A stretch of 49,493 nt of DNA, from NCBI GenBank assembly GCA_964448115.1, contig CAYUVA010000036.1:1-49493 (forward strand), given 5' to 3'. Below are positions 42,814 to 49,493 of the stretch, piece by piece; position 1 is the first letter of the stretch, and each line of letters starts with the position of its first letter. The notes below the pieces were generated by a model that was given only the letters and a program-made list of their open reading frames with translations, searched no databases and was not told where the DNA came from. This DNA comes from an uncultured bacterium. GTDB lineage: Bacteria; CAYUVA01. Made by a program: the position numbers and the translations under genes.

Positions 42814-43008
42814 TTATAGCTCCTCTTTCAGCTTTTGCTCAGCCTTTTTTATCCCCTCGATAAAATTCTTCCATTCTTCGAGAGAAAAGGCACAACTTGC
42901 AGAGACATCGGTGGATGCCAGAAATAGACCGATCTCTTCACCATCATACTCTACGCCCATGCTGAGGAACTCGCCTATTTTGGTTTCTGGCAGCAATTTT
43001 TTGTTCAT
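42814..43008 (-). CDS. Small acidic hypothetical protein (64 aa)
   Basis: AAGGAG RBS; plausible composition; directly downstream of the 51-aa ORF. Confidence 0.7.
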   Translation of the reverse strand: MNKKLLPETKIGEFLSMGVEYDGEEIGLFLASTDVSASCAFSLEEWKNFIEGIKKAEQKLKEEL

Positions 43009-43024
43009 ACCTTATACTCCTTTG

Positions 43025-43180
43025 CTAAAATGGAAATTTCCAGACTTTTCTGATTATTTTTCTGCCCACATATTTGTTCTTAACCCGGCGAGCTATTCTT
43101 TTAGGATCTCCACTTGCGAGCTTCTCTATGTCGTTTGCAAGCCGAGCTAGTCGATAGAGAAAGCTGACTGTTTTGCCCAT
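43025..43180 (-). CDS. Small basic hypothetical protein (51 aa), below the ORF-track cutoff
   Basis: AGGGGG RBS, ATG 43180, TAG 43025-43027: MGKTVSFLYRLARLANDIEKLASGDPKRIARRVKNKYVGRKIIRKVWKFPF. Confidence 0.7.
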   Translation of the reverse strand: MGKTVSFLYRLARLANDIEKLASGDPKRIARRVKNKYVGRKIIRKVWKFPF

Positions 43181-43363
43181 GATTATTACCCCCTATTTCT
43201 TATCAAAATTTCTACCATCTATCGAATATTATAATATAATTTCCTTGAACAGATCAAATAGCTAGGAGACTGATAATGAAATTATACAAAGATATTTTGA
43301 CAAGGTTTGTCTTCTTGAAATGTTTAACTTAAAATAAGTAAGCATTCGACAGGAGCTTGATCT

Positions 43364-44218
43364 ATGAGCGATGAAAAAAATCAGCAAAAGCCATCCAGGA
43401 GAGAACGGCTCAAAAAAGGGATATACCTCATCCCATCAATACTGACCCTTTCGAGTATCTTTTTGAGCTTTACCGCGGTCATCAAGGTTATAAGATACTA
43501 CTCAGAGCCGACCCATTATAATTTAATATTCCAGGCTGGTTTTCTCATTGGGGTAGCTGCCGTCCTGGATCTGCTTGATGGCAAGGTTGCCAGAATGACT
43601 GGCACTACAAGCGATTTTGGCTTCCAGCTCGACTCCCTAGCCGATGTGCTCTCCTTCGGCATCTCGCCAGCGATACTGGCTTATGCATGGGTGTTACACG
43701 AGTTCAACCGCATCGGCTGGCTGGTCGCTTTCATATACCTTGCTTGCGGCGCGGCAAGGCTCGCCAGGTTCAATGTCATCGCCGATAAAGAGGACAAGCG
43801 ATTCTTTGTCGGATTGCCTATACCAGCCGCTGCTGCTGTAATCGCTTCCGCTGCCGTGCTTTTTCCTGATATTAAAAAAATCAATTATGGAGCATACATT
43901 ATCCTGGTGCTTACTCTGCTGGTATCTTACCTGATGGTTAGCAAGATTAGATACCGCAGCTTCAAGGAGGTTGACCTGAGACAGAGGCTGCCGGTCAAGT
44001 TTTTCCTGCTTATTATCGCTTTTTTCACCATAATTGCCATAAACTGGAGGTTGATGGCTTTTATCTGCATCATCCTTTACCTGCTTTCAGGAGTTCTATC
44101 ACGATATCTACCGCGCCAATGGGATTTCCGTAAGGTCGCGATGTCTAGTAATATTATCGATGAGGCGATCGGGCTTGATGAGGATTTCGAGGACGACAAG
44201 GATGATCTCGATTCATAG
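43364..44218 (+). CDS. pssA: CDP-diacylglycerol--serine O-phosphatidyltransferase
   Basis: D.LDGKVAR...S.FG.QLDSLAD..SFG..PA, ARLARFN, FVGLPIP. Confidence 0.93.
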   Translation: MSDEKNQQKPSRRERLKKGIYLIPSILTLSSIFLSFTAVIKVIRYYSEPTHYNLIFQAGFLIGVAAVLDLLDGKVARMTGTTSDFGFQLDSLADVLSFGISPAILAYAWVLHEFNRIGWLVAFIYLACGAARLARFNVIADKEDKRFFVGLPIPAAAAVIASAAVLFPDIKKINYGAYIILVLTLLVSYLMVSKIRYRSFKEVDLRQRLPVKFFLLIIAFFTIIAINWRLMAFICIILYLLSGVLSRYLPRQWDFRKVAMSSNIIDEAIGLDEDFEDDKDDLDS

Positions 44219-44267
44219 GTCCCATTGTCTTTGGTTAGGTTCCCTGATATCGTTATTATGAGGTTGC

Positions 44268-44558
44268 ATGATGGATGAAGATAAGCAAAATGCTGAGATA
44301 AACAAAGCGCCAGGGCAGACCCCCAAGACCCCAGAGGAGATCATCTTCGAGCTGGAAAAGACTATTAAGAAAATGGAAGTGCGAGCAAGCGGTATGAAGT
44401 TCGTTATTGCTGCCTTTCTAGTTCTTGAGATAGGGAGGCTATTCTCCTCGGATAGGCTACCTGAACTCGGAATGATAGCGGCGGTTATATGCGCATTGCT
44501 GGCAATATTCGGTGTATATACATTCTTCTCGGTCGATTTCAAGAAGGATAAATACTAA
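44268..44558 (+). CDS. Small hypothetical membrane protein (2 TM)
   Basis: GAGG RBS; two hydrophobic segments; same strand as pssA and sppA. Confidence 0.65.
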   Translation: MMDEDKQNAEINKAPGQTPKTPEEIIFELEKTIKKMEVRASGMKFVIAAFLVLEIGRLFSSDRLPELGMIAAVICALLAIFGVYTFFSVDFKKDKY

Positions 44559-44594
44559 CTTCCCTATAAAATAATAACTTTTGTGAGGTTTAAG

Positions 44595-47090
44595 ATGAAG
44601 ACCAGGCTTTCTTACGCTTTTATGGCAGTTTTCATGTTGTCGGCGGTTTTGGCTGCTGACGGTTATGCGTTTTACCTTCCACAGGGATTCCTTGATGGCT
44701 CTTCGGCTTATCTCGATGACTCGCGAAGCATCTTTTACAATCCGGCAGCATTGGGCAGCAAAGCTGGCGCTGAGCTTTATTACGATTATCGTCTCATCGA
44801 ACAAAAAGACGAAGACTGGAGCGCAAAACAACACACCTTCGGTTTAGCATTGGGCGCCTTCGGTATCGGATATCAGGCGATCAACCCGGATAGTAAATCT
44901 CCTTTATCAAGTCTCGGGCTTGAAGAGAGCGAGCTGCTCTCGGTTGGCTTCGGTGCCAAGATATCAAGATATCTGCGCAGTGGAACCAACCTCAAGTGGT
45001 ATGACTCCAAGAACTTCACCGATAGCGATGCATTCGGTATGGACTTTGGGTTGATTATCAGACCTTATCGCTCCCTGAGCGTGGGAATACTATGGGAGAA
45101 CATGGTTAAACCTAGATTCCACATGGAGGACGAGGAGATAGTCTTTGATGAGAGATATCACCTCGGACTTGGGTTCAGGCCACTGGGCGAGCGCATAACC
45201 TTCACCGCTGATGCGATCTATTACCCGGCAAACGCAAAGGATGATGCGGATGACTTCTTCGCTAATGATGATGACAAGTATAAGTATCGCTATGGCTTGG
45301 AGGCAGAGGTGCTCCCCGGCTTAATCGCCTGCTTCAATATGGATAGCGACAACAATTATTTAGCATCCATCAAGATAAGATTCGATGAGTTCGGTATTCT
45401 CGGTGGCTACCAGGTTGATTCCATCAAGGGTACCGAAGATGACATGGAAATGACCACCCAACGATATGGACTTACCCTTTCCAGCTACAAAGCCCACTCC
45501 ATCCTCGGCGGTGGCGATGAGTTCGTTGATCTTGCGATCAGCGGTAACCTGGTCGATGAAAGGGGCGGCTTTGCCATCTTCGGCAGTAAGGGCACCAGTG
45601 TCCAGGAGATCCTGCGCGGGCTGCGCAGGGCAGAGAGGGATGATGAGATCGCCGGGGTGTTGCTTACAATCAGGGGGCTTAACACTGGCATCGTTGGTAA
45701 TATAAGCGCCATGTTACAGGAGCTGCGAGAGGGCATAAACAGGTTCCGCAAGACCGGCAAGGTGGTAGTGGCTTACCTCGAAGAAGGGGGCACCGCCTCG
45801 GAGCTATACCTGGCATCGGCGGCTGATGCAGTAATAATGCCACCGACCGCTATGATAATGGGACTTTCGGTTGCAGTGGAGATCAAGCGCTACCGTGAAA
45901 CACTCAAAAAAGTGGGCATAGATTTCGAGCTGCAAACAGCCGGCAAATACAAGGATAGCTTCTTCGGCATCGCAGACCCGGCAAGCGAGGAACAGGCGGC
46001 GGCAATACAATCCATGGTCGAGGACATCTACGACCAGATGATCGATCAGATCTCGGCGGGGAGAGGAATTGCAAGAGATGATGTGCTTCCCTTAGCCCAA
46101 GGGCAGATTATTTATCCCCAAGAGGCACTCAAGGCAAAGCTCATAGACGAGATCGGATACAAGCAGGTAGCCAAGAAGCGGCTTGCAAAACTATGCGGTT
46201 TCAAGTGCGAGGATGCTAAGGACCTGGAAGAGTTAAAAGGAATATCCCTATCCAAGGCAAGAACCTATCCACGATGGGGAGAGAATCCCCGCATCGCCAT
46301 AATCGAGGCTTACGGTGGCATCGTAACCGGGGAGAGCCGCGAGGAGATCCTGTTCGGCGGTCGCATACTGGGCAGCGATACGGTTGCAGCCCAGCTTCGC
46401 AAGGCTCGAACCGAGGACTCGATAAAGGCAGTGGTATTCCGCATCGACTCCGGCGGGGGAAGCGGCATCGCCTCGGATATAATCCTCGAAGAGGTCAAGA
46501 AGTACAAGGAAGCAGGAAAGCCGATTGTTGTCTCCATGGGGGATGTAGCCGGCTCCGGCGGGTACTGGATTGCATCCCATGCTGATTACATATATGCCAA
46601 TGCAGCCACCCTGACCGGAAGTATCGGAGTTGTGGCTGCTAAACCGGTCTTGCAGCGTCTATTCGAGAAGATCGGAGTAACCAACGAGGTCTATAAGAAG
46701 GGTGAGTATGCTGATTTCATGAGCCTGTCCCGCCCTTATACGGACCAGGAGAGGGAGCAGATGGAGGCGTTGCTGGAAAACTTCTACGATCGGTTTATCA
46801 AGATCGTTGCCCAAGGTCGTAACTTAAGCGTGGAGCGCGTAAGAGAGATCGCTGAGGGAAGAATCTATACCGGGCGCCAGGCAGCCCAAATCGGTCTTAT
46901 AGACGCAACCGGCACCCTGCGAGATGCCGTGGATAAGGCAAAAGAGCTAGCCGGCATCAAGGGTGAAGCGGAGCTGCTATATGTCAGAGGTGTCGATTTC
47001 GAGTGGCTCGATCTCTTCTCCGAGGGGGTTACCTTGTTCGAGCTGCCATCGCTTCTAATGGAGCCGATTGCCCTGGAGATGATATACTAA
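44595..47090 (+). CDS. sppA: Signal peptide peptidase SppA (S49) fused to an N-terminal FadL/PorV-like beta-barrel region
   Basis: C-terminal ~520 aa has LYLASAAD, AGKYKD, RIDSGGGS, SMGDVAGSGGYW, TLTGSIGV, GRIYTG. N-terminal ~300 aa has a signal peptide, DD...FYNPAALG and amphipathic strands. Confidence 0.88.
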   Translation: MKTRLSYAFMAVFMLSAVLAADGYAFYLPQGFLDGSSAYLDDSRSIFYNPAALGSKAGAELYYDYRLIEQKDEDWSAKQHTFGLALGAFGIGYQAINPDSKSPLSSLGLEESELLSVGFGAKISRYLRSGTNLKWYDSKNFTDSDAFGMDFGLIIRPYRSLSVGILWENMVKPRFHMEDEEIVFDERYHLGLGFRPLGERITFTADAIYYPANAKDDADDFFANDDDKYKYRYGLEAEVLPGLIACFNMDSDNNYLASIKIRFDEFGILGGYQVDSIKGTEDDMEMTTQRYGLTLSSYKAHSILGGGDEFVDLAISGNLVDERGGFAIFGSKGTSVQEILRGLRRAERDDEIAGVLLTIRGLNTGIVGNISAMLQELREGINRFRKTGKVVVAYLEEGGTASELYLASAADAVIMPPTAMIMGLSVAVEIKRYRETLKKVGIDFELQTAGKYKDSFFGIADPASEEQAAAIQSMVEDIYDQMIDQISAGRGIARDDVLPLAQGQIIYPQEALKAKLIDEIGYKQVAKKRLAKLCGFKCEDAKDLEELKGISLSKARTYPRWGENPRIAIIEAYGGIVTGESREEILFGGRILGSDTVAAQLRKARTEDSIKAVVFRIDSGGGSGIASDIILEEVKKYKEAGKPIVVSMGDVAGSGGYWIASHADYIYANAATLTGSIGVVAAKPVLQRLFEKIGVTNEVYKKGEYADFMSLSRPYTDQEREQMEALLENFYDRFIKIVAQGRNLSVERVREIAEGRIYTGRQAAQIGLIDATGTLRDAVDKAKELAGIKGEAELLYVRGVDFEWLDLFSEGVTLFELPSLLMEPIALEMIY

Positions 47091-47170
47091 AGAAACCTAA
47101 CCATGCTTCTTCATATTTCATTGCCTTTTATGATAAATTAACTATAGGCAGGAATAATGAAGGAGTAATG

Positions 47171-47395
47171 ATGATGAAGGTTACTAAGGATACAGTGATA
47201 ATAGATATCCTAAAGGCAAATCCCAAGGCGAATGAGGTCTTCATCAAGTACAACATGGGCTCAATCGTCGAGGGAAAGGGATGCGCAGGTTGCCTGCTGG
47301 CAGAGACCGAGACCATTGAGGAAGCGTGTAAAGTGCATGAAGTCAACCTCAAGGCTGTGCTTGAGGATCTGAACAAGCTGATTGGTTCCAGCTAA
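47171..47395 (+). CDS. DUF1858 / hybrid-cluster-associated redox disulfide domain protein
   Basis: AGGAG RBS; KVTKDT.I.DIL...P...EVF..Y.MG...CAGC..AE.ETIEEAC.VH. The ORF-track start at 47003 is too long. Confidence 0.85.
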   Translation: MMKVTKDTVIIDILKANPKANEVFIKYNMGSIVEGKGCAGCLLAETETIEEACKVHEVNLKAVLEDLNKLIGSS

Positions 47396-47425
47396 TATAT
47401 CCATCGATGCAAGGGAATATTAACT

Positions 47426-47653
47426 ATGCCTTATGACCTGATGAATGCCTCTGTGGAGATCTCAAATAAGGTGCGATATCGCATCTATGCTACCGAGCGC
47501 TATAGAGAAAACTATGGCAAGGTGATTTCCAAGACGCGTCTCGACAAATTCCAGGCGGTAATAACCGTGTATGAAAGCGGCAAGGTGGTCATAGAGTCTC
47601 CTATGGCTGGCATGGAGTATGACCTGGTAAAGGGAGAGATGAACTGCTCCTAG
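47426..47653 (+). CDS. Small hypothetical protein
   Basis: 75 aa ORF with AAGGGA RBS filling the gap between DUF1858 and rsmD on the same strand. Confidence 0.6.
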   Translation: MPYDLMNASVEISNKVRYRIYATERYRENYGKVISKTRLDKFQAVITVYESGKVVIESPMAGMEYDLVKGEMNCS

Positions 47654-47668
47654 CAACCATATTTTAAT

Positions 47669-48229
47669 ATGCGTGTTATTGCTGGATCAGCCAAGGGGAG
47701 AAGATTGAAAACCCTGCATGGTTACGAGGTTAGACCGACTAGCAGCCGCATCAAGGCGAACTTCTTTAATATTCTTGGGGATTCCATATTAGATGCCAGG
47801 TTCCTAGATCTTTTCTCTGGAATTGGAGGTATGGGCATCGAGGCGCTTAGCCGCGGGGCTGCCAGGGTGGTATTTGTCGAGATAAATAAAAAACACCTGG
47901 TGACCATCGCAGAGAACCTCAGGATATGTCTTTTCCCAGCAGATAGTTATCGATTAATGCAAGGGGATGTCTTCTCCACTATGAAACGCATTGCCAAACA
48001 AGAGGGTATGTTCGACATCGTATTCGCTGATGCTCCTTATAAGTACCAGGCTGGAACCAGGCTACTGGAGGGGATTAGATCATCCGAGATACTCAACAGA
48101 AATGGGATCTTCATTATTGAGCACAATGCCCGAAAAAATCCGCAAGGCGTTGAAGACCTCGTGCTTTATCGCACTGATCGCTATGGAGACACATGCCTTA
48201 GCTGGTTTCAATACGCAAAGTCTAGGTAA
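47669..48229 (+). CDS. rsmD: 16S rRNA (guanine(966)-N2)-methyltransferase
   Basis: MRVIAGSAKGRRL, VRPT, FLDLFSGIG..GIEALSRGA, FADAPY, YGDT. Confidence 0.93.
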   Translation: MRVIAGSAKGRRLKTLHGYEVRPTSSRIKANFFNILGDSILDARFLDLFSGIGGMGIEALSRGAARVVFVEINKKHLVTIAENLRICLFPADSYRLMQGDVFSTMKRIAKQEGMFDIVFADAPYKYQAGTRLLEGIRSSEILNRNGIFIIEHNARKNPQGVEDLVLYRTDRYGDTCLSWFQYAKSR

Positions 48230-48248
48230 TCACCGGGTTGAGAGAAGC

Positions 48249-48977
48249 ATGGAGCCAGACTGGAGCGAGATAATCAAGGCTGAGATATTAAGGGAGCTGC
48301 TAGGGGGCAAAGCAGAGGCTCCTCGACTTGATACAATCGTTGTAACCCTTGGCATTTCCATTCGGTTTCATGGCTCCCCTTTTCGGAGAAGTCGCATCGG
48401 AAGGCTGATCATCGGGCAACAAGCTGGCAAAAAGTATGGTGTCATCCATTCGCCAGCCGGTACCTTCAACCTGGAGCAAGCCCTGATGTTAGCAAAAGCC
48501 TGTCAAGCTAAGCGAGTCTTCGGGCTTGGGGTTGCTGGGGGGCTGCACCCGGATATGGCGCCCGGAAGCATCATCATCCCTAGCGAGGGGGTCTGTGGTG
48601 ATGGCTTAAGCCGGTATTTCTGGGAGTCTGATCAACATCCCGAGGCGACCCCTTGTCTTGTCGAGGCTCTGCACGCGAACTTGAGCAAAAAATATCGTGT
48701 ATTCAAAGGGAGGATCTTCACCACCGGCTCGTTGCTCGCCGAGACCGATGAATTCATTGAGAAATTAGTGAATCAAGATATAATCGGCATCGAATGCGAG
48801 GCAGCGGCTCTATTTGCCCTCTGTTCCCATCTTGGCATGGATTCGGCGGTTATACTGGCGGTGAGCGACCTTCCATCAAAAAAGCAGATCTACTGGAACA
48901 AAGAGGGTAAATTCCGCTTGTGGTTAGTGCTACGGGCAGCTAGAAGAGCTATCTTAAAAACGATTAGCGATCTATAA
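48249..48977 (+). CDS. Purine/uridine nucleoside phosphorylase family protein
   Basis: LGVAGGL...PGSIIIP...GDGLSRYF, GRIFTT, IECEAAALF, AVSD; likely ATG 48249. Confidence 0.8.
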   Translation: MEPDWSEIIKAEILRELLGGKAEAPRLDTIVVTLGISIRFHGSPFRRSRIGRLIIGQQAGKKYGVIHSPAGTFNLEQALMLAKACQAKRVFGLGVAGGLHPDMAPGSIIIPSEGVCGDGLSRYFWESDQHPEATPCLVEALHANLSKKYRVFKGRIFTTGSLLAETDEFIEKLVNQDIIGIECEAAALFALCSHLGMDSAVILAVSDLPSKKQIYWNKEGKFRLWLVLRAARRAILKTISDL

Positions 48978-49052
48978 AATGATACTTGGGCTTTTGAAAT
49001 TTTATTTGTCTTTATGATGGAAATCATGTATATTTAAGCCTGGAGGTCGAAG

Positions 49053-49493
49053 ATGAATTATTTGGATATAATTTTTCTTATCATTTTCTCGGTGAGCACG
49101 CTCTGGGGGCTGATAAAGGGGCTTATTCGGCAGGTATTCTCGCTGGCTGCGCTGGTTTTAGCATACCTAGCTGCCACCTTTGGACACCCGGTATTGGCTG
49201 ATTCTGTTCTCGGCGATATAGCTAAAAAACCGATACGCGATATAATCTCCTACGCCATTATCTTTATAGCAGTATTCGCTGCTGTAACCCTGATCGGGTA
49301 TTTCTTGCGAAGGGTGGTTGAGGTAATCAAGCTAGGAATGTTCGATCGCCTGCTTGGAGGAGTCTTCGGGTTCGCCAGGGCACTTATCTTCTGCATGATC
49401 ATCGTGCTGGTTCTGGTTATCGTCCTCCCATCGGATGTGCAGATTTTAAACGACTCGGCTCTCACTCCTTGGATCATACAAGTAACTAAGCTA
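49053..49493 (+). CDS. cvpA: CvpA (colicin V production) family membrane protein, partial
   Basis: Not in the ORF track. GGAGG RBS; MNYLDIIFLII...WGLIKGLIRQVFSL...LGMFDRLLGGVFG; runs off the window end. Confidence 0.9.
   Translation, partial: MNYLDIIFLIIFSVSTLWGLIKGLIRQVFSLAALVLAYLAATFGHPVLADSVLGDIAKKPIRDIISYAIIFIAVFAAVTLIGYFLRRVVEVIKLGMFDRLLGGVFGFARALIFCMIIVLVLVIVLPSDVQILNDSALTPWIIQVTKL

Noticed and set aside
43276-43332. RBS (AGGAG) plus short ORF MKLYKDILTRFVFLKCLT upstream of pssA
   Set aside because: Only 18 codons, overlapping a TTGACA promoter-like element; it cannot be supported as a gene or leader peptide.

Overview
A gene-dense 49.5 kb stretch of chromosome from a diderm (Gram-negative-type), probably anaerobic bacterium. 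It is likely a metagenome-assembled scaffold, since there is a 10-N gap at 35954-35963. I saw no rRNA, tRNA, CRISPR array, integrase or transposase. The window holds: an M20 peptidase/OPT/flavin-reductase operon; a flippase; an AlkD-like gene; a giant (~2150 aa) secreted modular protein; crotonase, an orphan EutN/CcmL and a PIN-PhoH gene; a DASS transporter with a multi-step two-component cluster; a FadL/OmpP1-like barrel; two more secreted propeller proteins; UDG with a degenerate radical-SAM-like gene; a 7-gene V/A-type ATPase operon (E-C-A-B-D-I-K); mscS, glnS, pssA; a beta-barrel-SppA fusion; rsmD; a nucleoside phosphorylase; and cvpA. The main observation is that three otherwise unrelated Sec-exported proteins all end in the same ~95-110 aa domain (P-x-[IV]-x-x-GGY...GG...E...G-x-x-TG[IV]-x-L...[LV]E...[WFY]PY[LF]). 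It is present twice in tandem in the giant protein. It looks like a lineage-specific C-terminal sorting or surface-attachment domain, and two FadL/PorV-like barrels in the window (one fused to a Ser/Lys protease) are candidate partners. I also found features absent from the ORF track: a deletion-frameshifted CBS pseudogene, a FadL-like pseudogene remnant and a 51-aa basic small ORF.
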